Source of the DNA: Octopus vulgaris
Lineage: Eukaryota
DNA: 64,000 nt
Assembly (NCBI GenBank): GCA_951406725.2
Contig: OX597814.1
Location: 171,926,001-171,990,000 of the forward strand
Reading direction: 5' to 3'
Below the pieces are notes generated by a model. That model worked only from the letters and a program-made list of their open reading frames with translations. It was not told the DNA's origin and ran no database searches. Positions within the stretch are counted from its first letter, which is position 1; each line of letters starts with the position of its first letter. This document shows, piece after piece, positions 26,796 to 40,209 of the stretch. Made by a program: the position numbers and the translations under genes.

Positions 26796-28136
26796 AATTT
26801 ACGTACGTATTTACATACCTCAATACATATTGGCTAAATCAGAGCACCTTTCATGTGCACACACACATATTTATAAACGTACGCATTCTCATTCACACAC
26901 GCAAAAATACGGTCACATACAAACAGATGTCTATTCAGCATTGTGAGAGAGAAAGAGAGACAAGGAGGCAAAGAGGGGTGGGAAGAGAGTGAGAGAGAGA
27001 ACGTTAAACAAAATCAATGTTCATTAAACTGCGAGTGAGTCGTCTCTAACACATTAACATTGTGTGATAAACGCTTATGTAACAGTCTTTTATGCGACAT
27101 CCCAACAGATAACGTGCCAGTTTTATGTATTTTCGTGATTATAAGACTTGAAGGAGCTTTAATTGTTATATGTTCGTTGTATGACGATTTCGACTGGTAA
27201 CAAAGATAAAATGATAGTTTATAGCATCTCTCCAGGGCTTGCTTATAGACACACGAAAGCTGATGGGGGCTATGTTATACTAGCTAACGTCCAGTTGGTC
27301 ATTCAACCAATCAATATAAAACAAGCTTCGCAGCCGACATCATTTAGCCAGCTACGCTAATGTGGAATGTTCCGAGTCACTTAATATTTCCTTACTTTAA
27401 GCTAAGTGGCTTTTTATAGCGCATGGCGAATGTTTATTCAACAAGTCATTGAGATTAAAGATGGCTGCGCCGATAAAAGAAGTAATTGGGCAGTTATGCG
27501 TTTGGTAATATTTGGCTAAATTATGTTCAATCTGAGGAGACAAATACATTCATATTTGAATGAAAATATTAAATAGCACCTTCAGGGACATTATCCTTTC
27601 AGATTGATTGATGATAGCCAAATAAATGTCACATAAGTAGCTGCAAACCTGAACAAGCTCACTGGCATATTTCCCTTCCTCCATCATGCCAGTCTTGTTG
27701 CCAATGTATTTTACTGCTACAACTCGCCGCTTATTGATAACGATCGTATTACAAACAACAATTGCCTGCATTTCATAAAGCTGTTAGCCTTATTAGTCTT
27801 TTAATATTTCAAATATTTTTCAGATAATACTCATAATATTTTGATGCATAGGCGCAAACAAACGTCAAAAATGCCTCAGAAAACTTATCACCAAATCTCT
27901 CTATTTATTCATCTATCTTACCTAATTGACACTATATCTATCAATCAATCCACGTATGTATATATGTATATGAATGTGTGTATGTGTCTGTGAATGTATG
28001 TATGTAGAGTTTTGTGCATGTATAGCTGTATATGTGTATGCGGGAATATGTTTCGTCTGTGTTAGTGTTAAACACTTTATTTGAGCATTTGTTTCTTCCC
28101 CTCTGAGTGTATTTAATACACGTATACACATACACA

Positions 28137-28212
<76 letters not shown>

Positions 28213-28239
28213 AATACACATATATACATATATATGTAA

Positions 28240-28310
<71 letters not shown>

Positions 28311-28380
28311 ATCTTATATGTATCTAACTATATGTGTGTATTTGTGTGCGTATACGCGTGTACACACACTCTCACACACA

Positions 28381-28430
<50 letters not shown>

Positions 28431-29214
28431 TATAGTGAATATAATATACAAATACATGCATATAAAGTAGTAGAGACAGAAATATACTTTTCCGTGTGTG
28501 GTCTTTTCCTTAAATTTTTGCAGCATTTTATTATCTACGACTGAATTTATCTCACCATGTCATGCGATATGAGAAACGTGATAGCATAGCTATCTCTTGA
28601 ATATCTTCTCACAACATGTAGAACATTATAAAACAGTTACCATTAGCACTTAAATTAATTAAAATTTTTACTTGCTTGCATTAATTATCTATTAATTGCA
28701 ACTATATATAGTTTGTTATTTTTAACGAAGAATAAGACTTAATAAATAACTAAATTCGTCTCACCATCCCTCTCTTTTCCTCTTGTCGCCTTTTCTTGAA
28801 TACAACGTCTTGCAGTTTTAAGCTCTGTAAATGCAATTTACTAATGTTTATGTATTTCTTTATCATAGGAGGAAAACAACTGAACTGGCTTGGTCTTGAT
28901 GCCATTTCTCTTTAGTGCCCATGAAATGGTTCATTGTTTCTTATCAATTGCTGACCTTTTCGAAATCTCAGGCAAGATAAACTTCACATTGGAATACTTC
29001 TGGCGCACAGAGCACGATGCAATTGCTATCTGTACATAAACTAAGTAACAGAACTGTATCTCTAAAAAAAAAAACATAATTAAATGTTTTATAAAAGGTT
29101 CATTTATTAACTCACTGTAGTCACTAGCTCAAGGATGAGCTGTAGACTACTTTTGCCTTTTCTCATACCAGTACAGCAAACTTTGCTCTTATAAATTTGC
29201 TTTTCGCATACTCT

Positions 29215-29441
29215 TTAACTCTTTCGCATCCAGATTACTTTGTCAAATATTATACACATTTATTCATATTGTTTTGAATTAACCATGCATTATCTCGTGT
29301 CTTCGATATTTCAATGATGTGGTTGTTTATTTTCAGAATGACATTGTAAGGGAGGTGTGTGAGGCTGGATCAGGCGAATTTGAACATAAAATGGGTAGAA
29401 TATTTGGGCCGATATCGTTAATCTAAGTGTTAAATGGTCAA
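29215..29441. mobile_element. Putative TTAA-flanked MITE (piggyBac-like)
   Basis: Begins TTAACTCTTTCGCAT and ends GTGTTAAATGGTCAA, a degenerate inverted terminus. Confidence 0.4.
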
Positions 29442-29559
29442 GTATAGACCAAACCAGCAAATTTACGATATTCTTACGTCCATAGACATAAATGCACCTC
29501 CCCTCCCATTCTCTAAAAAAACCCACACCATCCAGTTTTTTCCTCTCAAAACCTGTAAA

Positions 29560-29762
29560 ACTTGTTTCAGTCATTTGACTGTGGCCATGCTGGAGCACCA
29601 CCTTTTTTAGTCGAGCAAATCGACCCCAGGACTTATTCTTTGTAAGCCTAGTACTTATTCTATCTGTTACTTTTGCCGAACCGCTAAGTTACGGGGACGT
29701 AAACACACCAGCATCGGTTGTCAAGCGATGTGGGGGGAAAACACAGACACACAAACATATAC

Positions 29763-29858
<96 letters not shown>

Positions 29859-30020
29859 TTACGACGGGCTTCTTTCAGTTTCTGTCTACCAAATCCTCTC
29901 ACAAGGATTTGGTTGGCTCCGAGGCTATAGTAGAAGACACTTGCCCAAGGTACCACGCAGTGGGACTGAACCTGGAACCATGTCGTTGGTAAGCAAGCTA
30001 CTTACCACACAGCCATCCCC
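29560..30020 (-). mobile_element. SINE family B with expanded internal (TA)n
   Basis: Homology to the family; internal TA tract about 80 bp. Confidence 0.88.
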
Positions 30021-30077
30021 ACACCTATGTTAATATATATATATATATATATATTAGAGACAAAGGTGGTATTAATA

Positions 30078-30328
30078 ACGAGGGGTGATATTTAACCTCA
30101 CTTCAACGTGGATCTTCTGTTAGAATAAACTATACTGCGGTAGTTACCACGAGAAAAACTCTCATATTGGCCTTTTCGAGAAAAAATGTGTTCTTGTTTA
30201 TATCTTTAGAGGGGCGATAAATTCCAGGTACGTCCAGCACCGAGATCACCAGATCACGTGATTTCAACCTTGTTTGGTTTTGAGCATGATGATCCACGTT
30301 TAAGTGGGGATAGATATTACCTCTCGGT
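30078..30328. mobile_element. MITE with about 37-bp imperfect TIRs (Tc1/mariner-like)
   Basis: ACGAGGGGTGATATTTAACCTCACTTCAACGTGGATC versus reverse complement of 30291-30328, ACCGAGAGGTAATATCTATCCCCACTTAAACGTGGATC. Confidence 0.6.
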
Positions 30329-31331
30329 TTGAATATTGGCCTTTGTTTCTCCAACCACTGAATGACGGGTAAGCATCGAACCTGGGAGCATGCAGGTGAA
30401 ATTCTAGATTCACAAGAGATGAACACGACCAAAATAAAACAGAAATATGTCGTGTGTGTGTGCATGTGTTTGAGAGATAGACTAGTAGCGGCAAAGGACA
30501 CCCACTATTTACTTCCTTCCCAAAATCCACAAGCCCAACAACCCTGGCCGCTCCATCGTCTCTGCCTTCAATTGCCCCACCGAAATAATCTCCAAGTACC
30601 TTGACCCCTAGTGGTTTCCCTCCCTTCACACATTCACGATACTAATCAGATGTGAGAGAAAGAATAGACGTTGTAAATATATAATTATTCTTGGAGGAGA
30701 ATTAGTGCACAGTATCACAGGCGTGTATGATGAATTGTTTCTAGACATTTGTCATATAGTCGACGTTATATATCTAGTTATATATCAAAGTTTGTAGATG
30801 CTACTCGAGACATACCTCATACAGGTATTAAGTTTTCTTAAAATATGATTTTACTTCAACTACTTCAGTGAAGATTGTAATGTGTAGATTCTGTTCAAGA
30901 ACTTAGATCGTATTTTTAAACGCATACTTTCATGGTTCTTTATAATGGTCATCTAATTAGTCAATATATGTGGTATATTTATCATTTCATGCTACCCTAG
31001 CTTTTAATTTTAGCTGTTCGGAAATCTAGTTAAATTCGCTGTACGAATTTCAATGCTAACTTGATTGATTTATTACCACGGTTCTATTAGCTTCCGCGGC
31101 GACACCGATAAGAGTAGACGAGTAAGTTTAAGTGTCAATTAAAATCAAGAGGAAACCAATAATTACGTTTATAAGGATATTGATGAAGACTGAGAGAGAA
31201 ATAGATGAACTGAGTGATAAATTATATCTACTACGGTACTGTAGCTCAGTGTTCTGAGTTCAACCACTTCCTGTGTTGACTATACTCATTCCGTTTAACC
31301 ATCATTCTTTCTGTTATGCAAAGAAATATAA

Positions 31332-31740
31332 GGCGCAGGTGTGGCTGTGTGGTAAGTAGCTTCTTTGCCAACCACATGGTTCCGGGTTCAGTCCCACTGC
31401 GTGGCACCTTGGGCAAGTGTCTTCTACTATAGCTTCGGGCCGACCAAAGACTTGTGAGTGGATTTGGTAGACGGAAACTGAAAGAAGCCCGTCGTATATA
31501 TGTTTATATATATGTATGTGTGTGTGTTTGTGTATCTGTGTTTGTCCCCCTAGCATTGCTTGACAACCGATGCTGGTGTGTTTATATCCCCATTACTTAG
31601 CGGTTCGGCAAAAGAGACCGATAGAATAAGTACTGGGCTTACAAAAGAATAAGTCCTGGGGTCGAGTTGCTCGATTAAAGGCGGTGCTCCAGCATGGCCG
31701 CAGTCAAATGACTGAAACAAGTATAAAAGAGTAAAAGAGT
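31332..31740 (+). mobile_element. SINE family B, full length
   Basis: GGCGCAGGTGTGGCTGTGTGGTAAG head to a (TAAAAGAG)n tail. Confidence 0.9.
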
Positions 31741-32857
31741 ATAAGACTCGTGTGCCTTTTGGAAAGAAATATGCAATTGCCTACTTACGACTTGCTTTTC
31801 GCGGTTGCTTTCTACTTGAAATTCAAGAATAATCACAGGAATTTAGATTTGTTGTCCAACACTATGTTGTCCTGTGTGATTTACGATATATGACATATAA
31901 TTCTAGCTCCATACAGCTAATCATGAAGTGGTGCCTTTAGGATCACTGATATAGAGAAAATATATTGGTGTCCACTATAATTTTTTTCTACTTCAGTAAT
32001 ATTTGTGTATGCTTTCACAGTTTTGGCCAGAATTCGCATTCGCTGAAACACCTTAACGTACAACGTATATTGTTATTTCTATGACTATTATCTTTAATGT
32101 TGCTGTAGGAAGACGTAGTTCCATAGAGCTCCTTCTTGTAAATAATTTTATTTTGGATTACATAATGGAAAAAAAAAATTCTGTTGGTCGTGGAGTTCGA
32201 GCTTCGATTTATCCAGTCTCCACTAATATACCTGTAGAAAGAAAGGTTTTTATTTTTGACACTGTTTTGATTTTATGGAGCTGTACGATTTTTTTTCTTC
32301 TCTGGCAAGCAGCCATTTGCATTTTCTTTCTTTTAACATGGCGATGTCAGTGATGGAAGTCGAAGATATATATCACAACAATTGTAGAAGACTCGATAAT
32401 GAAAACAAAAATATACAAATAAGCAAATAAATAAAAGAGAAACCAACGCCCTCAAGTTTCATGTAAGGAAAAACAGACGATGTGACAGATGAACAAGCGA
32501 AAAGAGATGCTAACACGAATACGGACAATTCCACATCATATATCAAAAATAAAAATAGTTTTGATAATGATAAATTGAACAATGCAAACAATATGAAAAG
32601 TCATGGCACGCAGGCATATAGCAGCGGTAAGAACAATGTTGCCGCAGCAGACACTAATTCCATATACAACAGTAATAGTAGCCATAATAGCAACAACGAG
32701 ATCATTGACATAAAAACGACAACAATATGAACAAAAGAGTTATTTTTCGCAAGTATTGTAGGTAACAGGGAAAATACTGGATATGAACCAGGTCCTCAAA
32801 ACGAAAGACTGATCAGAGTATGCCACAAAGAGATCCCCCCTTTTCTCTGTCTGTCTG

Positions 32858-32907
<50 letters not shown>

Positions 32908-33252
32908 AATTTTGTACAAGAAATGAAATGATGGGGAGGGATGAGACATATTTCTGCTTCCATATGCTCTTAAACAAGGAATTAGGGAAAATTCTAGCAG
33001 AGTGTGGATAGATATGCTCTCCCTATGTGTGTGGCTGCGGAACCTATCGGAGAGCTTTCTTGTCAGAAACAGAAAGAGAAACAGAGAAACATAACAGCTA
33101 CAGCTTCTCTGAGGTGCGGTCAAGAAACTAGGAAACAATCCATCAGGTAACTCCCCCCTCTCTCTCGTTGATGTTGGTCAGCAGACTAACAGGAAAGTGT
33201 CTGTTCATCTTCTTAATCTTATTTGACCAACTGTGAGGCTTTATAATATATA

Positions 33253-33669
33253 TGTTTCTTTATTACCCACAAGGGGCTAAACATAGAGGGGACAAACAAG
33301 GACAGACAAAGGGATTAAGTCGATTACATCGACCCCAGTGCGTAACTGGTACATAATTTATCGACACCGAAAGGTTGAAAGGCAAAGTCGACCTCGGCGG
33401 AATTTGAACTCACAACGTAGCGGCAGACGAAATACCTATTTCTTTATTACCCACAAGGGGCTAAACACAGAGAGGACAAACAAGGACAGAAAACGGATTA
33501 AGTCGATTATATCGACCCCAGCGCGTAACTGGTACTTAATTTATCGACCCCGAAAGGATGAAAGGCAAAGTCGACCTCGGCGGAATTTGAACTCAGAACA
33601 TAGCGGCAGACGAAATACCATCAAGCATTTCGCCCGGCGTGCAAACGGATCTGCCAGGCCGCCGCCTTA
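33253..33669 (-). mobile_element. SINE family A dimer with TSD
   Basis: 18-bp TSD GAGGCTTTATAATATATA at 33235-33252 and 33670-33687. Confidence 0.92.
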
Positions 33670-34527
33670 GAGGCTTTATAATATATAACTTTATTTACAC
33701 GTAACAGCCACGTGAAATGAAGTGCCTTTCGTTGTCCGATTCAGGAACTGAACCTACGACCTTCTGATCGTGAGCAGAATACACTCACTACAATGCCATA
33801 CGCTTTCACTAGTACAAGGCAGTTAGAAGCAATGCCTTTGATTGCTTCATTACAACTCTTAGATATACAACAGTTACTTTTTGCATTCTTTTCATTGTAT
33901 GATCTCGCCAGCTTACGGTGGGAAAGCTGTTATCTTGTAGCGCGATGTCTTTGGACTCAGTTTTAAATCTGGCACTTTCAAACAAAGCTGAAATTTTTCT
34001 TATCCATTTACGTTTTACTGAGTCCTGTCAAGAATTGGCCACCGAGGGGCTTTTCTTGCCAACTTCCTCGAATAACAATTCCTAATCCTTTTTTCAGCTT
34101 GTTTTATATTTTTTGAAACAATTTCTCCCGACACTACACTCTCCTCTTAGCTGTCTATTATCCCAGCTTTTGTTGGCTTCACAAAAGACAGAAAACACTT
34201 CTTGTTGGCTTCTTTGGTTTCAGAAAAGTTTTAGTTTTACTCGGGTTTTGTATCTTTTTGTATTAATTTCAGCTTTATACTTCATTATATATTTTTGTAG
34301 TCTTAAGGTAGATATTTTATAAAAGCTTTTTAGTTACTGAAAACTCCTCCTTTTCTATATTCGTGCAAAATATTCAATATTTCTGTATCTTATAAATGCA
34401 GTCTTTATTTCATTATTTTTCTTCTTTTTTTTCCCTTTTCTCTTTTGTCTCTTTAGACTTGAAGATCAAGTGGGTTCACTACATTATTTTTTTATTATTT
34501 TACTTGTTTCATATTATTATTTTACTT

Positions 34528-34742
34528 GTGGCGAGCTGGCAGAATCGTTAGCACGCTGGACAAAATACTACGCCGTATTTCGCCCGTCGTTACACTCTGA
34601 GTTCAAATTCCAGCGAGGTCAACTTTGTCTTTCATCATTTCGGGGGCGATAAATTAAGTACCAGTTGCATACTGGGGTAGATTCAATCGACTGCCCCAAC
34701 TCGCGCAAAATTTCAGGCCTTGTGCCTATAGTAGAAGTGATT
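34528..34742 (+). mobile_element. SINE family A with alternative tail
   Basis: Head and core homology; abuts a family B copy tail-to-tail. Confidence 0.8.
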
Positions 34743-34744
34743 AT

Positions 34745-35175
34745 TTTACTTGTTTCAGTCATTTGACTGAGGCCATGCTGGAGCACCGCCTTCAAGACTT
34801 TTAGTCGAACAAATCGAACCCAAGGCTTATTTTTTAAGCTTAGTACATATTCTGTCAGTCTCTTTTGCTGAACCGCCAAGTTACGAGGAAGTGAACACAC
34901 CAACACCGGATGTCAAGCGGTGATGGAGGAACAAACACAGACAAAAAGGCACACTCACACACACACATAAATACGGCGGACTTTCAGTTTCCGTCTACCA
35001 AATTCACTCACGAAGCTTTGGGCTGCCCGAGGCTATAGTAGAAGACACTTGCCCAAGGAGCCACGCAGTGGGACTGTATTTATAAGACACAGAATTATTA
35101 AAATTTTGCAAGAATATAGAAAAATAGTTTTCTGTAACATGCGGTTAGGAAGCAAGTTTCTTACCACACAGCCAC
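34745..35175 (-). mobile_element. SINE family B with an interrupted head
   Basis: Family homology; about 60-bp insertion near 35077-35135. Confidence 0.8.
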
Positions 35176-35373
35176 GCTAGCAAGCCCAGCTCAATATTTT
35201 AACCACTTCTAAGTTTATTTCAATTAATCGCTTCTCCCCTCTCCCCCCTCTCTCTCTCTCTCTCTCTCTTTCCATTTCCTTTCTCTCTCTTTCCCCGTTG
35301 TAGTGTCTGAGCGCCTTCTTTTGCAGATATTTTTCCCTGATATAGACGAAATAAAATTCCTTGCAGCCTGTAT

Positions 35374-35411
<38 letters not shown>

Positions 35412-35441
35412 GTAAATGTAATATGTGACAATTATTCGGTA

Positions 35442-35511
35442 GCCATGATAAAATTCTGAGTTTCGGATGCCGAGGTGGAAATCCACGCGGCCATCTCCTC
35501 AGTTATCTGGC
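35442..35511 (-). ncRNA. Hammerhead-like motif, family H2 copy 2
   Basis: GCCA GATAA CTGAGGA GATGGCCG C GTGG ATTT CCAC CT CGGC ATCC GAAAC TCAGA ATT TTATC A TGGC; core intact, stem III mutated. Confidence 0.6.
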
Positions 35512-35522
35512 CATCGGAAAAA

Positions 35523-35919
35523 TCTTTATATATAAAAGTGAAGTTGTGTGTCTGTCTCCTACGATTTAGATTCCTAACTACTCCCACATTTTGCGGTGCA
35601 GTTTAACTAAAACCGGGTATCTTATAGTCGTGATTCATATCGATCCCTTCTGGGTATTAGCGCGCGTCTACGATGAGTCTACGATTTAAATAATAATTTA
35701 CCATCATTTTTTTCCATTTTAATGCATTTTTTCGCTATTATATAAGAGAAGTAACTCTCTAAAAATGTCTACGATGAGTCAACGATTTTTAAAAAAAATT
35801 ACCATCATTTTTTTTCCATTTTTAATGCATTTTTTGCTATTTTTTGGCTATAACTCTCTAAAAATGCTTATATAGTTATTTCCCTTACAAACCCGAGCAA
35901 CGCCGGGCGATACTGCTAG
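35523..35919 (+). mobile_element. Non-autonomous Helitron
   Basis: 5' TC (TCTTTATATATAAAA), subterminal hairpin CCCGAGC-AAC-GCCGGG, 3' CTAG, inserted between A and T without TSD; internal tandem duplication of about 100 bp. Confidence 0.85.
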
Positions 35920-36623
35920 TGCTAGATAAGATGATTAAAGAAAAATCTAAAGACGCTGCCATAATGTACCATATGAAGTTTAAAAAGAAATCACAGCGTA
36001 AATACCCTTGGGAAATTGGTGAAATTGAAGCCAAAAATCTGTTAATCATAGTTCCTCGTAACGATTATATGTAACTCTGAGTAACAGTTTGTGAAATATT
36101 TCTCGGCTTCAATAAAATAATAATAGTTTACTCCACCTTTGTTTGTGAACATAAGCAAAAATGAAGCAAAAGGTAACTACGTAAAATCACGGATGCTATT
36201 TACGTGATGGTTTCCCGCCACTGTGTATGTGGGTTCCTCTTGTCTGTATTTATTTAAATTTGTATTTTGTAAAAAATATTGAACTCTTCTACGTCTATTT
36301 TATTCTGGATTTTTGTCTCGTCCACACCGTGTTTAATACGTCTTACATGCAGACCCTTAGCATGTTTTGTAATCCCTTCTTTTGTGTGACACGAAGGTTC
36401 TACTGCATATATAGAGCCCTGGTATCAAATAAAAAAAAAGCGATTATTATCATTATTACAAGCAGTGGCGCCAGTTTTTGGTGAACTCGTCAACAACCCT
36501 AGTCTCTAGTTGCACGGAGAAACATTTCATTTATTTCACTAACGTTCTTGAAGCAGCCGTATCCATAGCAACTAGCCAGGAAATGATCCTCCTTATATCT
36601 GAGACTTTAGGACGAAGCAAGAA

Positions 36624-36644
36624 ATAATAATAATAATAATAATG

Positions 36645-36697
<53 letters not shown>

Positions 36698-36900
36698 GAG
36701 GAGGAGAAGAAGAAAAAGGAGGAGAAGAAGAAGAAGAAGAAGAAGAAGAAGAAGAAGAAGAAGAAGAAGAAGAAGAAGAAGAATGTGTTTCTAATTTAAT
36801 AATAATAATAACAATAATGATAATTATTATTATAATTATTATAGCGATAGTTATTGTTGTGGCTGCTGTGTTGCTGTTGCTGTTGTTGTTGTTGTTACTG
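36624..36900. repeat. (TAA)n(GAA)n(TGT)n trinucleotide array
   Basis: Direct inspection. Confidence 0.9.
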
Positions 36901-37166
36901 CTGTTATTTCGAATGAAATTTTAATTCAGAAGCCATGTCGTATCTTATGCTCTCCTTGCCAAAGTAGCAGTCACGAATGCAAATCTATTTTCTGCTATCT
37001 AATATTACATAATGAAGAATTTCGAAAACTGTAATTGATACTTGAATTAATATAAAGGCGCGATTAATATCTCTTTTACTCTATATCATATTAAATATTC
37101 AATTATACACATTGCAAATTTATAAAGAAAGATAAAAGAGAGAAAGAAGCTGAGAGTGAGAGAGTG

Positions 37167-37214
<48 letters not shown>

Positions 37215-37639
37215 GGGGCGGAGAAGGATAAAACAGAAAGGAAAACAACACTGGAAAACAAATATGGAACTAAACAAAGAAAAATACAACATTGCATGGA
37301 ATGAAAAACAGCCATTTTGATTCTGGTCACTGTCTACCAGAAACCTGCACTAAGATGCAATTTGAGCCAGTGATGATGATGATGATGATGATGATAAAGG
37401 TAGCGGTGGAGGTGGTGGTGTTGTTGGTAGTGTTGTTGTTGTTGGTGGTGGTGGTGAAGGTGGTAATGATGTTTGTGATAATTATCAAAGTCGGAGACTC
37501 ACGAATGAGCTGATAGCGAGGAGGAAATTACGACAAACAGGCAAGAAGCCATTGATGTTGTTTGCTCTTTACTGCTGCCGTCGATGGTGGTGACGCTGGG
37601 TTTTTTTTTTAATACTTGGAGGCGAAGAAGAAAAAAAGA

Positions 37640-37739
37640 TGAAGACGACGACGACGAAGAAGAAGAAGAAGAAGAAGAAGAAGAAGAAGAAGAAGAAGAA
37701 GAAGAAGAAGAAGAAGAAGAAGAAGAAGAAGAAGAAGAA

Positions 37740-37828
<89 letters not shown>

Positions 37829-37850
37829 AAGAAGAAGAAGAAGAAGAAGC
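37640..37850. repeat. (GAA)n(TAA)n(GAA)n array
   Basis: Direct inspection. Confidence 0.95.
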
Positions 37851-38354
37851 AACGGCTTGAGAGGGAAAATTAAGAAAAAAAGGACTGAAGGAAATCATCG
37901 AGAGAAAGGAACGCAAGAAATAAAATAAAGAGAGAAAGGAAGCAAAAAAAAAAGAAAGACTGAAGAGAAAGAAAAGAAGGTAGGAATTAATAATAACAAA
38001 TGTGAAGGAAAGAATGAAGAAAGATAAAGAAAGGTGGAAGCTAAAGTAAGAATGAGTGAAAGAGCGGGGGGTACAGTGGGAGCATGTAAAAGAGCAAAAG
38101 AGACGCAAGCGTTATAAGCAGAAGACATAGAGCTGGTAACTAAATAGGAAATTGGTTTGTGGGCGGAGAAAAATATTGATTATTGCAGTCAAAAATTAGC
38201 GCTATTTGGCTGTATTTTTCATTTCTAAACTCTAACGTCTTTAACAACAATAATAACAGCACCAAACGTTGTGCTGCAGAGACGAGCCATTGTTAAATAT
38301 GCAATTATTCACGAATAGAGAAATGCGTAGATGTTATGATTTGTATGAACCAAA

Positions 38355-38770
38355 GCGGCGAGCTGGCAGAAACGTTAGCACGTCGGGCGAAATGCGTAGC
38401 CGTATTTCGTCTGCCGCTACGTTCTGAGTTCAAATTCCGCCGAGGTCGACTTTGCCTTTCATCCTTTCGGGGTCGATAAATTAAGTACCAGTTACGCACT
38501 GGGGTTGATATAATCGACTTAATCTGTTTTTCTGTCCTTGTTTGTCCCCTCTGTGTTTAGCCCCTTGTGGGTAGCAAAGAAATTGGTATTTCGTTTACCG
38601 TTACGTTCTGGGTTCAAATTCCGCCGAGGTCGACTTTGCCTTTCATCCTTTCGGGGTCGATAAATTAAGTACCAGTTACGCACTGGGGGTCGATGTAATC
38701 GACTTAATCCGTTTATCTGTCCTTGTTTGTCTCCTCTATGTTTAGCCCCTTGTGGTTAGTAAAGAAATTG
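38355..38770 (+). mobile_element. SINE family A dimer with TSD
   Basis: TSD TTGTATGAACC at 38341-38351 and 38778-38788. Confidence 0.9.
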
Positions 38771-39269
38771 TTATATATTGTATGAACCTCGTTAGTGCGC
38801 TGGATGAAATGCTTTCGTAGGATTTATTGTTCTGACTCTGTGCACTGTTTCAAATCCTGCCGTAGTCAGCTTTGCCTTTCATATATTCGGGATGAATAAA
38901 ATGTGTAGCAATCTAAAAGCGGATCTGTGAGACGGTCAAACTGGCTACTTTGCAGTGTTTGTCCCAGATTTCATATCTAAATATGCCTCGTACTAAGGTA
39001 GTGGACTCCAGCCATCGCCAGTTTTAACACAATCACCCGGGAGCAGTAACTTATGATCTATAGTGATGAAAGATATATGAAAATAGGCACACATATACAA
39101 GCTTTTAAACTCGTGGTTTGCTTCTGGTGGTTATTTATCATTAAAGGGAAAGAATCCCTTCTAGGTTAAATAAAGTTAAGTTGAACAACTTGCATATTTC
39201 ATTTTCAACGATAAACTTTCAATTTCCTTTTTTTTTTTTTTTACATTCATTTTTATAGTATCAATTAAC

Positions 39270-39915
39270 CCTTTCTACTACAGGCAGAAGTCTTGAAATT
39301 CGTTGGAGGGTCTAGTCGATAACATCGATCTCCAGCACTTGAATGGTACTTATTTCATTGACCCCGAAAGGATGGAAGCCAAAGTCGACCTCGGCTACAT
39401 TTGAACTCAGGACGGCATGCTAACGATTCTGCTAGCAAACTCGCCACCTTTATAGTATTAATTAATAGCATTAATTCCAAGCATGCTTCAATATAAACAC
39501 AACCATGTAAACACACACATGTAGGCACAGAACACAAAATATAATCTTTTCTACTCTAGGCACAAGGCTCGAAATTTTGGGGGAGGGGGCCAGTCGATTA
39601 GATCGACCCCAGTAGGTAACTGGTACTTAATTTATCGATCCCGAAAGGATGAAAGGCAAAATAAACCTCAGAACGGTGTGCTAACGATTCTTATTTCTTT
39701 ATTGCCCACAAGGGGCTAAACTTAGAGGGGACAAACAAGGACAGACAAAGAGATTAAGTCGATTACATCGATCCCAGTGCGTAACTGTTACTTGTTTAAG
39801 AATGAAAGGCAAAGTCGATCTCGGAGGAATTTGAACTCAGAACGTAAAGACAGACGAAATACTGCTAAGCATTTCGCCCGGCGTGCTAGCGATTCTGGCA
39901 GCCAATTCACCGCCT
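39270..39915 (-). mobile_element. Cluster of SINE family A fragments
   Basis: Copies at about 39270-39447 and 39546-39915. Confidence 0.8.
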
Positions 39916-40209
39916 TTATAGTATTAATAGCATTAATTTCAAGCATGGTTCAATATAAATACAACCATGTAGACACATACATGTAGGCACACAACACAAA
40001 ATATAATGCAGCATAAAGAATATCACATAAAATTGCTTCTTCATTCATAAGTGCTCGACAGTTTCGGGAGCAAACTGTTTCCAATCAAACCGTTTGGTTT
40101 CTACCAGCAATAGCCAAGTAATTATTAATGAGCATCTAAAACTAAAAACTAAAAAAACTCTGACTGGAGTTAAATTCATAGAGAAACTATCTGCATGAAA
40201 AGCAACAGG

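Noticed and set aside
27550-27771. 73-aa ORF with AG/GT boundaries on the minus strand
   Set aside because: No recognisable protein motif and weak splice signals; cannot support as an exon
32482-32730. 82-aa N/S/T-rich ORF
   Set aside because: Looks like decayed AAC/AAT low-complexity sequence; no domain or splice support
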